This document shows, one piece after another, positions 15,239 to 30,452 of a DNA stretch of 64,000 bases (within the stretch, counting starts at the first letter, position 1; each line of letters starts with the position of its first letter). The notes beneath the pieces are model-generated. The model was not told the origin of the DNA. It saw nothing but the letters and a program-made list of their open reading frames with translations, and did not search any database. Made by a program: the position numbers and the translations under genes. The DNA is from the human T2T-CHM13v2.0 reference genome, Homo sapiens, in NCBI RefSeq assembly GCF_009914755.1, contig NC_060940.1, one strand, 5' to 3'.

Positions 15239-16289
15239 ACCTTAGATCACCTGCTAGTTCCCTGCATGGGGCCTGGCACAGAGACAGCACCTAACATGTT
15301 CAGTTCCTCCTGATCAGTATGTGTGGGATGTCTACTCTGTGACCAGCTGGGGCTGGACGCTGGGGACACAGCTGTTGATATTACAGCTGCCCTCCCATCT
15401 CTGCCCTCCTCAAGGATATAACCTAGGAAAGACAGACCAGCAACCAGTGGTCACAGCACAGAGGTGCTGTGATGGAGGAAGGTGCAGGGGCTAGAAGACC
15501 AGAAGAGGGGTGTCTGACCCTGGATGTGGGAGGTGGAGGAGGTACACCATTGCTTTGAGGAGCTCGTAATCCCAGGATGCCAGTCACATGCTCAGAAGGG
15601 CTCCCTGAGGACCAGGTGCTGCTGTGGCCAGCGGGCTGGAGGCCTCCCCCTCTGTTTTGGGAGTCTCCACTCTCTCCTCTTAGCCTCTCCTGATCTGCTC
15701 CCTCGCCACTGAGCGCCCCATGATCCCAGTGGGGAAACTGAGGCCTGGCATAGCAGAAGGGGTGCTGGGGTTTGATTCCCAGCCTCATGGTGCCCAGGGA
15801 TGTTGGGGGCTCTCCAGGGACTCTGATTTTGGAATAGGAGCCCCAAGGATGGGCCTGCCCTTGCCCTGCTCCCAGCATGGGAGCGTAGGTGAGATGGAGA
15901 GGCAGTGGGCTGGGCTGGAAGATCTTTGACCTCTCCTGGGCCCCTCTCAGAGGTGGACGGGGCCACCTTACTACATAGATAGGGAAATTGAGTCCCAGGA
16001 AGGCGCGGGGGGCCTGTCTGTGAGCGTCAGAGCCCACAGGAGGCTCAGGCCAGGCCGCTAATTGCTAATTGCTCACTAAGGATGCATTTGCTCCCCACTT
16101 TGAACAGTTGTCTTGGGGCTTCTAATGGAGGTTTTTGGTGCTTGTTTTATTATTATTTTTTCAAAATTGTTCCAGCTTCAAGCTTCAAATTTCCATGAAG
16201 TCATTGGAGCCCGACAGCTCCCAGGCCTGGCAGCTCCCAGGCTGCGGAGAGCAGCACTGTGGCTGGGGGAGGGGGCCCTGCACACCCCG

Positions 16290-16390
16290 AGAGGCTGGGC
16301 TGTGGGCTGTGCCTTAGCCTTGCTGCCGCCGCCGCCGCTGCTGCCGCTGCCGGAGCAGGAAGTGGTGGGTCCCAGATGTGACTCACTCTC
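16290..16390 (+). promoter_or_regulatory. ADCY7: TATA-less GC-rich ADCY7 core promoter
   Basis: (GCC/CTG)n run 16321-16351, ETS CAGGAAGTG 16356-16364, AP-1 TGACTCA 16379-16385 overlapping Inr-like TCACTCT (A at 16385); locally CpG-rich. Confidence 0.65.
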
Positions 16391-16514
16391 ATTAGGTAGC
16401 GTGGAAGGAGCCTTCGGATGGGTGAGCCTGGGCGCGTCTGAGGAAGGGCAGGCGGGGGCCGGGCCACCTCCCTGCAGACCCTGGCCGGCTGCTGGGGCCG
16501 GGGAGGAGAGCCAG
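16385..16514 (+). other. ADCY7: ADCY7 non-coding exon 1 (5'UTR)
   Basis: Inr-like start and strong donor CAG|GTAAAA at 16514/16515; alternative donor TGG|GTGAGC at 16421/16422; consistent with recalled gene structure. Confidence 0.65.
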
Positions 16515-17078
16515 GTAAAAGTGGGGTGTGGGGATGGAGTGTCACCAGTCCTAGTGGCTTGAGCCCCAGGGGACGGGGCTGGACAGTGGGTGGGAAGCAG
16601 CTCACCCGGCAGCCTGGCCTGGGAGTGCACTGGGCAGGGTCTGGGCTGGGGGAGTAGGAGGCTCCGTGAGCCTACTGGGCAGATGGCTGGGAGAGGCGGC
16701 CCTTCAACAGGGGACCAGAGGCGACTTGTCACTGGCTTTTCCCAGCCTGACAAGAAAGTGCGGTTGTGACCACAATGTTGTACATGTGGCCCGTTCCATC
16801 TGGAATTCTAGGAACCACAGACTCTCAAATGTCCACACTCCTTCTCGAGGGTGTAATTTTACATTTACAAGCACACATGACTTTTCTCAATGAAAGGAAA
16901 CATTGGCAAGGGAAGGCCAATTCAACTAATTTTATGAAATTATAAAACAAAAAACAAACAAAACCTCTGAAAGGAGTGCATGCCTGAGGGTCAGGAAACC
17001 AAGATGCCTCCAAAAAGCAGACTGGTTTCCCTTTCCCTGCAATGCCTCTCCTCTATCCCCCAGGGACCGCATGGGCCA

Positions 17079-17116
17079 TCTGGAGTGGGTCTTTCTGGAG
17101 CGGGTCTTTCTGGAGC
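17079..17116. repeat. 15-bp tandem repeat x2.5
   Basis: TCTGGAGYGGGTCTT. Confidence 0.8.
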
Positions 17117-17915
17117 TTTCTATGCATTCATCTAAACATGTATGTACAGAGGGTGAGGCAGTTGCCTCTTCTCTGTGTCATCACATCAGGGTCAAGGGCA
17201 GGGACATCTGTGGCTGGGGGCTTCCTCCCTGGACAGCCATTGCTGGAGAGGAGAAGGGAGGGCCGGGAGGGGGAAGCCAAGGGCCTGGAGGTAGGGGCCA
17301 GGCCGAGCCACCTACGACAGGGGCCCTGGGTCCAAGGCCTGGACGGGCAGCCAGTGTGGGCTGGATGTGTCTGGAAGGGCTATGTGACCGTGGGCCTTCA
17401 CTAGCATCACCATCTTGCAGATGGAGGCTGTGAGGGGTGGACTCAACACCAGTGTTTCTCGGAGTGAGGACCGGGCTGCCCAGGGAATCACAGGGGGTTC
17501 TAGCCTGTGTGTGGAAGGACATGTTTAAAATCTAAGTATTTGTCTTGGGGAAAAAAAAATCTGTAAATAGGACATTGCCATTGTGACATCATGACTGTAT
17601 TATTGTCTTAGACGAGGCCAAAGGAGACATAAAAGTGACAAGCCAGCCAATTTGAGAGGAAGTGCCAAGTGCCAGCCCTGCAGGAAGTGCAGGAGGCTGA
17701 GGGGGCTGCAGCTCAGGAAGGCGTTTGCTGCACAGCCTTCGCTTCCCACCCGGTTGTCTGTCTTCCCACCTCCAGAGGCCCTGGGTTCCCAAGGTTTACC
17801 TGCAGCTCCTGGTGCAGAGTGTGGGGGAGGGGAGGCTCTCAGATTGTTCCAGATTCTGTGGCCCTCAGAAGGGCAGGTGTAAGCTTTGTGGAGGTAGCGT
17901 CTCCGGTGGTATTTT

Positions 17916-18398
<483 letters not shown>

Positions 18399-18616
18399 TT
18401 CTAGTGCTGTTTTCATGAAAGAAGCAGCTGTTTACTAGCAGCTGTTTTCCGGGTGATGAGGGTGAAGGTGGTATTGCAGAACCTCTTTGCCAGGAGTAGG
18501 TCTGGGAGGTTTGCTTGAGGACATGGAGGTTGGTGTAGGGAGAGCTCAGGAAGTAGAAATTGGGCTGGAGTGTGGCCTCTGGACAGGCCACAGGAGAGTC
18601 TCAAAAGGAGAAAAGA

Positions 18617-18951
<335 letters not shown>

Positions 18952-19740
18952 TTATAGCTACTGATTTGACCCATTCCCCACCTCCTCCACCGCTCCATAT
19001 GGTAGGTGCCGTTCACCTCCAGTTTACAGAGGAGACAGGGCCCAGAGGGGCTGTCTATCCTGAATCACCCAGCAGATCGGTCCCCAGGCATCCAGTTGTG
19101 CCCACCACAGTGTGGTCTGCTGCCACATTTGAGCCTGGAGTCAGGGCCAGCACACTGTGTCTTTGGCGAGATCAGATGGGGCAAAGCTGAGAACAGGGGC
19201 TCTGGTTGGTGCTGAGGGATTCGTGGGGGTGGTCCTTACTGGGAAGATGAGGAATTGGGCTCCTGTGAGGGCCTCCCCTACCCTGCCCTGTGCCTGGACT
19301 TCGCTGGGCCCACTGCGGGAGAGAAGAGGTAGGACGAGGCCTTCTGCGTGGCTGGGCCAGGGTGGGCTGTCTCACGTGCTTTCCTGGATGTGTGGTTGGG
19401 TCATGCCTTAGCCAGGAGGTAGGTGGTTTGTCCACTCCCTGTCATTGCAAGGGTCACAGAGGTGGCTGGGTGGCCTGACCCTCAGCACCGCTCCTTGCCT
19501 CCCTCCTGCTGTCCTGGAGGAAGAGGATGTGGACTTGTTCATACTGAGGTGACACAGCATCCTCTCTCCTACCTCTCCCACTGCCCAGGGAGAGAGCAGC
19601 GCTTAACTCCGCTGGAGAAAGTTCCAGGCCTTTGAGGGAGCATGCAGAGTGGGTCACAGTGGATGCCTGTATCAGAGCAGCCCATTCTAGCCTTTCATGG
19701 GGTGGGAGGGAGGCATTTACTACTTTTAAAAGACACGTGT

Positions 19741-20100
<360 letters not shown>

Positions 20101-21051
20101 TTAGTTGGAACTGGAGAATGAGACCACATCTGAACACCAGCCAGAGAAGCAGGGGTCTTCCAGAGGTTATCCGGTCCAGCATCCCGCCTCCAGGCAGAAC
20201 TGGACTGTGCTCTGGTCCGGCGGCACGGGTTCCAGCTCTGTTCTGCCTCCTCCCAACAGCGTGTGAGATGAGCAAGGGATGGAGCCTGTTTCTTGCACCT
20301 GTGAAATGGGGTTGGTAAAGGTACCCCCTGCATCAGGTGGTTGTAAAGATTAAATGAGCTGATGCACACTCTGCTCCTGGCACAGCGGAGGCGCTACCTA
20401 AGTGGAAGTGTGCGTCACTGTCGGTGTCGTGAGGCTCTCGTCTGCCTTGTCCTGCCTTGGGTGGGAGATTGGACCTCCCTGGGGGAGCCTGGGTGGTGCA
20501 GGCAGGCAGGGCTGAGCTGAGCAGCCTCCCTGTCACCTACATCCCTCGGACTAATCATTTTCTTTCTGTTCCTCAGTTTCCTTATCTGTAAAATGGGGCT
20601 GATGGCAGTGCTCAGGTAGGTTAATGGGAGGGCTAGCTGGGTGAAAACCCTTCCCAGGCACCTGACACTGGTGTGCCCAGGCTGAGAGGTTGCCACACAG
20701 TGGCTGGAGCCCCTCCAGCTGTGTGTGCCGGGGATCCCGCCAGCCCCCTCATCTGTGCAGTGGCCCCCTCCCCACCAAGGACAGTAGCATGGTGTCACCC
20801 GGCTTGCCATAGGCATCTGGCCTGACCTGCTGCTGCACACGGATTTCTCAACTGGCCACATCATGGCTAGGGCATTGCCCAACCCTGAGTGCAGACCTGC
20901 TTGGCCGAAGCACCCTCCGTTCCCTGCTCTCCCCTGGAAGCCTGGAAGCCTTTCTAGAAGGGACCAGTGTTGGGGTGGAGAAGGGTTGGGTGGTGAGTCT
21001 GGGACCAGAGTTCCGTTCCTCTTTGGTGGCCTTTTTCCTTGGAATACCTAG

Positions 21052-21249
<198 letters not shown>

Positions 21250-23009
21250 TGATGGGCCAATTTCACAGGCATTTTCTGAGCACAGCACAGCCCAGTGCTG
21301 CCGAGATGAACCTGAGCAGACTCTGTGTTAGGATGGGGTGGGGACGGCTGACCTTGGGCCTGGGAGAAGGTCCTCCCTGTTCTAGAGCACAGCCATCTGG
21401 TCAGTTTCTCCTGGCTTGTGAGGCCCTCCCAGACCGGGCCTGACTTCCCTCCCCACTCCCGCCACTTGTCACCGTTATCCACTCTGGGCCAGCCCCCCTG
21501 ACATTTTCACTCCCAGCTTGGCTATCTCCTGCCCCTTTCCTGCCCTTGGCCCCCACAGTTCCCACTGCCTGGGGTGTTCTCCCCAACTGCTGCTTGGCTG
21601 TGTCCTCCAGGTGAGGGCCTCCTTCAGGGGTCCTCCAGCATGGGGAGAAGAGGGGACCCAGCCGGCTCTGCTCTTGAGCTGTTCACTCAGCCGCCTCCCC
21701 CACCCCCTTGGCCTTGCTTTGAGCCCCTGTCTTGCTGTGGCTGGGGCCCAAGGGACGCCGGGATACCCTCTTCTCACCATCCTCCCTTTATGTCCCTGTT
21801 TCCCCCACCACCGCTGACCACTGGAAGGGTGAACCCACGACTGGGCCTGAGGGAAAGGGAAGCCAAGGGAGGTCTTTGGTGCAGGTACCCCCGTTTCCAG
21901 TTGTGTTTCCTGGCCCCAGGCTCTGCCCATTCTTGCCTCCTCCCAGGGTATCAGGACATGCTGGAGGTGACAGGGCAGAAGGAATGGCCATGACCCTCAG
22001 ACACAGGCCTGTACCCTGGGGAGGAGCTCATGTCCCTGGAAGGCAGAAGGTACCTGCAGTGGGTGATGCCACCACCCGCCTTCTAGGGCCCGGATCCCTG
22101 GAGGCCGCTGGACCCAGGGCACCCTGATCGGGGTGCTTTGTCTTCCAGGCCCCAGGCTCTTCCTGCCCTCCAGGGTGCCCTTCCTGCCCCTGTAACTGGC
22201 CAGCTTTCCTCATGCTGGCCTCTGAAACAACCTAGTCACACTGCCTCGGGCGCAGCTGACTGAGATCATTGCTTCCTGTAGTCACCGACTGGCTGGGCAG
22301 GGAGAAGCCTAGCACCCTGGGATGCAGCTGCTCTGCACAGATGGGGAAACTGAGGCCCTGGGAGCTCTGCAGCCTTGGGGCTGGTGTGTCTTCCTGGTGG
22401 GAGCTATGTTGGAGTTGCAGGCCCTGCCCCATTCACAAGCACATCCCTTGGCCTCACTCATGGGAGGGATGTGGACTGGGGGCCAGTCTTGTGGGCTTGT
22501 CTTGGTCCTGCTGCTGTTCTTGGGAGTCTGGGTCTCCCTCCTCCTGGGCATCTCCTTGCTGGAGCAGGGGTCCAGGGTGCTGGTGTAGGCTGGGATGAGA
22601 CCTCCTTCTGTGTGTGTGCGCATCTGGCTCCTGGGCCCCCAGGCCTGTCTCCGGTACCCCCTCTGGCTGGGAGGAGGAGCCCTTTTAAGCTGTCTGAAGG
22701 AGCTATTTTAAGGGGGGCCTGGGCTAATGGGAAGTGGCCTCTTTTGATATACCCAGACTCCCTGGAGACACTGCTCCATCCCCTGGGGGCAGGGACCAGC
22801 ACTTCTGTATCCCTTTGTCAGGCTCAGCTCTCCTGGTCATGGGTACAAGAGCAGAGCTGCCCTTTGGGGGCAGGCAGGAAGTGAGGCTGAGACCCTGGTA
22901 CTGAAGTGTGTCCCCAGTGCCTGTTTATGTCACGATTTCTCAGGCTGCTCACCCTGGTGTCTGGAGCTGACTGGGGTGGCCCTGGGTGATGGTACTTGCT
23001 GTGTGCCCA

Positions 23010-23190
23010 CATCTACGTGAAGCCCCTGAGAACTGGTATTGTTACCAGTCCATTCTGTGGGTTAGGAAACTGAGGCCCAGAGAGGTTCAGGAACATGCCC
23101 AAGGTCACACAGCTCCTCCAAGGTGGAGCTGAGATTCACGGCCTGCTGTTGGATCTCAGAGCTTGTGCTCCCAACCACCATGCTTTCCTG
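23010..23190 (-). mobile_element. MIR
   Basis: aggaaactgaggcccagagaggttcaggaacatgcccaaggtcacacagct. Confidence 0.75.
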
Positions 23191-26100
23191 CCTTCCCCTT
23201 CTGCCCTGCCCTGGCATTTCTTTTCCTCACTTGGCTCATTTATGACAATCTGCCCTCCTCCTGGCATGAGCTCCTCAGGGGACCCATGCCTGTCCTGTGT
23301 GTTGTAGCAGCAGCAGTGCCTGCACCTGCTGCAGGCAGGAGCTCAGTGGCACTTGGCAGATGGGGGTCTGGTGGCACCAACATGTGGCCTCTTTCCTGGT
23401 GGCAGGATGGGCCCCTTTCCATGTGCAATGGGGGTTTATGAGGTTTTATAGCTATGAGGTCACGTCACTGCTAGAATAGGCCATGGAGCGAAGAGAAGGG
23501 TTTCATCCCCATTGCTCAGGTGAGAAACTGAGTCCTGAGAGGCAGGTCACCTGCCAGAGCTCATGCAGTTGGGACTGGGGATTCCAGGGTTGGGGCCCAG
23601 TCCTTAGCTGCCAGTTCAGTGCTGGCTGTACCCCCCAGTCTGTGGAGTATGGGGTTTGATGTCCCTGTGTACCAGGCAGGGTTAGATCCTGGGAGCTGGG
23701 TAGTGCATGGCTGGACGTGCAGCCAGGTAGTGACAGGTCAGGGTAGCCTGTGCTTCTGTGGGAGGTGCAGGCCCTGGGGAAGCTAAGGAACAAGGCCAGA
23801 CTGGGAGGGGACCAGGCAGCCTTCCTGGAAGAGGTGGCAGCTCAGGTTGGCCCTGAAGGGCGGGCAGGAGTTCGCCAGGCAGAAGGCATTTGGAGGTGAG
23901 GAGGTGGGCGTGTTTTTAGATTGCCGGAGCTGGAGATGAAAGGGTGGGGCTTGTTTGGGGAACCGAAATCAGCCAAATCACGCAGCCACAGAGGAGGCCA
24001 GGGAAGCTCTAGAGGCGTTTTTTGGCCAAGGGGTGAGCAGAGATCGGGCTTGGTGTTTTGGGGGGTCCTGGGTAGGTGTGGGAGGCCTCGTTTCGGGGGC
24101 CATGGGGCTCCTGTGGCGTGAGACTCCATCACAGTGACCTCCTGTGCCCAATAGCTCCGTAAGGGCAGGGTTTGTGGAAGGAAGGAGTGAGTGACCGGGA
24201 ATGGGGTCTTGGGCTCCAGGGACAGCCATGGCGAGGGCTCTTCTGTGTGGGTGCAGGTCCGGAAGCTGGGGCTGTGGTTGGTGGGGGAGGCTGGGTGGGG
24301 CTGCTTCCCCTGCAGAAGGGCTCTTCCGGGCTCTTGGCGCGGTTTCACGAGGCAGTCCCCTCTGTGTCTCTCGTGCCCCCTAGGCCTGGATCGGGTTCTC
24401 AGGAAGCCTCGGGGAAGTGAGGGTCTTAGCGCCTTGGTTTGGGGCTGGGCACTTTGCGAGCTGGTGTCATGGAGGCCAAACTGGGGGCCTCCGGGCCAGG
24501 TGGTGGCTTCAGGCTTGCCGTTGGGACAGGAGGCCAGGCTAGGCAGTGACGCCTCACTGAGCTCCATGGGTGGCACGCTGAGCTCTGGGTGGGAGAGGCC
24601 TCTCCCACTGACCTCTCTGTGACTGGCTTCTCTGCTGGTCTGAGTGGGAAGGGCCCTCAGAGACCCTGGAGGCCTTTCCTGCCCTGGAGGAGTCAGGCCC
24701 AGAGAGGGTGAAGAATTGCCCGAGTCACACAGCTGGTGACAGGGAGAGCTGGGACTGTACCTTACATCACCTGACATTCAGCCCAGGGCTCTATTCCCTG
24801 CACTGTGGCAGATGGGGAAACTGAGGCAGGTGGGCCACTCCTCTGCATTCCATGGGAGAGGCAGGAAATTCGACAGGAGCCCTTTGCCGGGTTGGCACTT
24901 GGAGCTGTTTTCCTGCTTGCTTTTCCCCAGGGCAAGGTGCTTCCCAGCTGAAAACTGCCTAGGGAGGGTGCTGTTGAGACCGTGAGCACCTGAGAGCCCT
25001 GGTCTTTCACTCAGGCCTCTCCTCTCACCTCCACCTGGGAGGCTAAGCTCAGGGTAGGTGTCCTGGCCCACAGGCAGGTGCATGGGCTGGTCCCGCCAGC
25101 ACCTGCAACCTTCTTGTGCGCAGCTAGCCCAACCTGGGGTCAGGTGGAGGTGGGTAAGTGGGGCCCCCAGCATTAAAGAGCTTCATAGGCTGTCAATTAA
25201 GGGGAGGCTAGTGGGCTCTACAGGCCACAGCTACCCAGGGAGCCTTCTTAGGGGAGGAGTTCCTAGGTGGGTCTCAGAGACTCCAAAGTCAGCATTTCCC
25301 AAAGGAGGTTCATTAGGGATTCAGTGCAAAAAGAGTCTCATTAACAAAAGGATGGGGAAATGTTCAGCTGTGTTTAATTCAGCAGGCTTCTTTCCTGCAG
25401 GACTTGTCAGAGCCTTTAATTTGCTAATGTGTATGGGGGATCTTTAAATGGGGAAGAGGAGAATGTTGAGCTCAGCACCACCTGTGACCAGAAATGGCTG
25501 TGGATGTGTGTGGCTGCGCATATGTAGCTTTTCATGTTCCTGCTTTTGGGCAGAATGCACCTCAGGAAATGCAGATAGAGAGTTAATCTGCACTGGGCCT
25601 TGGAGAGGGGCAGGCCTGGGTTCGAATCCTAGCTCCACTGTTTCCTAGCAGGTGGGCTTTGGGCTTGGAGGTTAAGGTCCCAGAGTCAGTTGCCCTGGCT
25701 AGAAATGGAGCGAGAGCACCCCCACCCACCACCCTTGGGTAGCCCAGCCCATTCATGGTTCTCTGCAGGTTCTCAGAGGAGACAGCCAGCCAGGTGGTTT
25801 TTGGCCCAGTTTGTCTCCCGGCTGGGCTCAGAGGTCGCAGAGCTTGTCTTGAGGCCTGGGTACTGTGCCGTCTCCTGCCAGCAAGCCTGGAAGGCTTGGG
25901 CCGAGGACCCGACTCTGCCTGGGATGTCACCTGTGAGCTCCCTCCAGCTCAGACCAATATCACCACCTCCCTCTGACCTGGGTTGGGTGGGACGGCTGCT
26001 CCCTTGAGGCCCAACTAGGCCCTACATGGAGGGGTCAGCCCACACTGCCACTCATGGCCCTGGAAAGCCGGCCTGAGTTGCTGACCAATGTTCTCTCTAC

Positions 26101-26439
26101 CTCCCAGAGGCTGGGCACTCACAGGCCAGAGTAGGGGCCGGGCCTCCTCACCCCCAGTGCTGCTGGCTCATGGCAGGGTTGAGGGGTGGGGACAGGTGCC
26201 GGGCCCTCTCACTTCTGCACCCCATGGCCCTTTCTGACATCTTGGTGATGCATGCCATCTAGACTGGGGCATTTTGCGCCAGGGGTGGCTCAGTACACTG
26301 CTTGCATCACCCCCAACTGAATCCTTTCAAAATCCTGTGGGGTAGGACTGTTATTCTCCTTTTGTTAAAATGAGGAAACTGAGGCACAGAGAGTCTGTTG
26401 GGTCATGTAATGTATTATTTGTTTTAATATTTAATTTAT

Positions 26440-26728
26440 GAATGAGTGAGATGGAGTCTTGCTCTGTTTCTCAGGCTGGAATGTGGTGGCACAATCATCA
26501 CTTGCTGCAGCCTTAACCTGAACTCAGGAGGTCCTCCTGCCTCAGCCTCCCAAGTTTGCTGGCTCTACAGGCATGTACCACTGTGCCTGGCTTAGTTTTA
26601 AAATTTTTTTAGAGATAGCATCTCACTACGTTGCCCAGGCTGATCTTGAACTTTTGGTCTTAAGCAGTCCTCCTGCCTCGGCCTCCTGAATAGCTGACAT
26701 CACAGGCATGAGCCAATGTACCTGGCTA
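26440..26728 (-). mobile_element. Alu (old, AluJ-like)
   Basis: Diverged antisense dimer. Confidence 0.85.
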
Positions 26729-27358
26729 GGTCATGCAATTTAGGTGTGATGGGCCTGGGATTCATTTTTCCTATTACACATTTTTTTTTTTTTAGTCACA
26801 TAAGCAACACACTGACAATAGGAATAGAAACTGAAAATGAGAAGTGGGATTTATCCACTCTGTGAAATCAAGAGTTTTGGTTTTTCTGTGTCCTGGTTCC
26901 ATCCTTATTTGTTCCAGGCATTGCCATGTGGATTTTTCACAGGATACCCTGTGACGTTAGTTTCAAGTGGCCTCAGGCTTTTTGACAGCTGCATAGTATT
27001 CCATTGTAAGGTTGTATCATAATTTATTTCACCAGTTCGTGACTGATAGGTATATTATTTTCAATCTTTTGTTATTACAAATAATGCTTCAATGACTAAT
27101 CTTGTACTTATGTCATTTCATACTTGTGACAATGTTTGTACGATACATTACTCAAAGTGGATTTGGTAGGTCAAAAAGCAAATATGTCCTTCAGTGACTT
27201 TGTTAGGTATTATTAAACTACCTTCACTGGGGGTTGTACTGACTCACATTCCTGCCCAGGAGGGAATGTGAGTGACTGTTTCCAACACAGACTTATGAGA
27301 CTTATGAAATGCTTTGATCTTTGCCCATCAGATAGGTAAAAATGGTTTTCCATGGTAG

Positions 27359-27490
27359 TTTTGTTTTTGTTTTAAAGATGGGGATTTTGCTATGTTACCC
27401 AGGCTAGACTCAAACTTCTGGGCTCAAGTGATCCGCCTGCCTCAGCCTCCCAAGTAGCTGGGACTATAGGTGCATCCCATTGTGCCTGGC
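27359..27490 (-). mobile_element. Alu monomer
   Basis: Single antisense arm. Confidence 0.8.
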
Positions 27491-27501
27491 TACCATGGTA
27501 G

Positions 27502-27803
<302 letters not shown>

Positions 27804-27883
27804 TACCATGGTAGTTTTAATTTGTGTTTCATTACGAGTGTGGTTAGCTTCCTTCCAAATGCTGTGGGTTGGTTGTGGGTTGC

Positions 27884-28174
27884 TTTTTTTTTTGAGACAG
27901 AGCTTCACTCTGTCACCGAGGCTGGTTTACAGGCATGATCTTGGCTCACTGCAATCTCTGCCTCCTGAGTTCAAGCGATTCTCGTGCCCCAGCCTCCCAA
28001 GTAGCTGGGATTATAAGCATGCACCTCCACACCTGGCTAGTTTTTGTATTTTTTAATAGAAATGGGGTTTCACCATGTTGCTCAGGCTGGTCTCGAACTC
28101 CTGGCCTCATGTGATCTGCCTGACTCAGCCTACCTAAGTGCCAAGATTACAGGCGTGAGCCACCATGCCTGGCC
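27884..28174 (-). mobile_element. Alu
   Basis: Antisense dimer. Confidence 0.9.
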
Positions 28175-28604
28175 CTTCCAAATGTTTAACAGTCATTTAG
28201 ATTGCCTTTTCTATGAACTTTCTCTTCCTAGTCTTCTCCCATTTTTCTATTGGGCTATTGGTCTTCTTTTTTATTTGTGGGAGCTCTTTACATATGAAGG
28301 AGATTAGCTCCTTGTGATATGAATCACAAATGTTCCCCTAATCTGTCACGTGTCTTTTGATTGTGCTTTTGGTAATTTTTACCATGTATATTTTGTTTTT
28401 TCATGTAACTGAACTTATCAGTCTTTTCTTTATGGCTTTTGGGTTTTGTGTCAGGATAAAAAGGCCATATTCACTACAGCATCATATGAGAATTCTCCCA
28501 TAGTTTCTTGCTCTCTTTGGAAATAATCCTGGTATAAGTTGTGAATCCAGCTTGCTTGCTGTCTTGTGGATGCTGCCTTTCTAAACAGAATACTAGCAGC
28601 CTAA

Positions 28605-28999
<395 letters not shown>

Positions 29000-29719
29000 T
29001 CTATGGAGCTCTTCTTGTACCTCCCAGCCCCATTCATGTCTTGCTGTCACTGCTGGACCCACTGTCAGGGTGGGGCCCTAGGCAATGTGGGAAGTCAGCC
29101 AGCACCCTCTTGTCCTGGGCAGGACGAGAACCACGTGAGGTCCCCCATGGCCAGCTGGACTTCCCCTTTCTGTTCTTCCTTATCAAGGGAAAAGGGATCA
29201 GAAATCTGTTAAATGTGGGCGTGAAAGTGTTTCCCTTCTGAAGGGGGAAGCTAGTGAGGGCAGTGCTTAAAGAAATGAATCACTAATTGAATTTCAAGCA
29301 AGAGTGAGGAAAAAGTAGGGCTATTTCTCCAACAGGGGAGCCTGGTTGATTGCTTAGTTGATAAACACTGTTGCCTGAACACCCGCTGTGTGCAGAGACC
29401 TAGCAGATACCCTGGTTGGGGCAGTGCTAAGGATTCTGCCTTCTGGGAGCTCATTTCCTGAGCAGAATTCCCTCTTGGTACCTGGCCTGGCACCTGGTGC
29501 ACAGAAGGCATGAGTGCACATCTGCTGAAGGTATGCATGGACGAACTCTCCCTGGGCAGTCACTAACTAGCATTAGAATGGGCATGAGACATAGTGGACC
29601 TGGATTCATTATCATTGGCAGCTGGAGCCTTGGGGGTGCATTTTAAAGGGGAGATTGATCAGGGTAATGCTTAACCAAATGAATGAAGTGGAGGGGAGGA
29701 TTTCAGGAACAAAGAACAC

Positions 29720-30452
29720 TTTTTTTTTCCTTTTTTTGTTGTGTCTCTGGCAGTTTTTGGTAACAAGATGATGCTGGCCTCATAGAATGAGTTAGGGAGG
29801 AGTCCCTCTTCCTCAATTTTTTTGAATAGTTTCTGTGGGAATGGTACTAGCTCTTCTTCGTATATCTGGTAGAATTCAGCTGTGAATCCATCAGGTCCTG
29901 GCCTTTTATTGGTAGGCTATTTATTACTAATTCAATTTAGGAGCTCATTATTGATCTGTTCAGGGAATCAGTTTCTTCCTGGCTCAGTCATGGGAGGATT
30001 GTGTGTCCAGGAATTTATCCATCTCTTAGGTTTTCTAGTTTTTGTGTGTAGAGGTGTTTGTAGTAGTTTCTGATGGTTGTTTTTTATTTCTGTGGGGTCA
30101 TTAGTAACATTCCTGTAGTCATTTCTAATTGTGTTTATCTGGATCTTTTCTCTTTTCTTCTTTATTAGTTTAGCTAGTGGCCTATTTTATTAATTTTTTC
30201 AAAAAAAAAAAAAACAACTCCTGGATTCGTTGATCTTTTGAATGGTTTTTTGTGTCTTGATTTTCTTCAGTTCAGCTCTGATTTTTGTCATTTCTTGTCT
30301 TCTGCTAGGCTTGGGGTTGATTTGTTTTTGCTTCTCTAGTTCTTTCAGTTGTGAAGTTAGGTTGTTAATTTGAGATCTTTCTAAGTTTTTGATTCGGACA
30401 TTTAGTGCTATGAATTTCCCTCTTAACACTACCCTAGCTGTGTCCCAAAGAA
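29720..30452 (-). mobile_element. Primate L1 (L1PA/PB-like) internal ORF2 fragment
   Basis: Minus-strand peptide [17 protein letters not shown]...[10 protein letters not shown] is L1 ORF2p. Confidence 0.92.

Noticed and set aside
16376-16381. ATGTGA start-stop element
   Set aside because: Lies just upstream of the inferred TSS at 16385, so probably not in the main transcript.
23842-24777. 311-aa minus-strand ORF
   Set aside because: Pro/Ser/Arg-rich, no recognisable domain, starts in MIR-derived sequence; expected in GC-rich, stop-poor intronic DNA.
25470-25490. REST/RE1-like TCAGCACC
   Set aside because: Left half-site only; the GGACAG half is absent.
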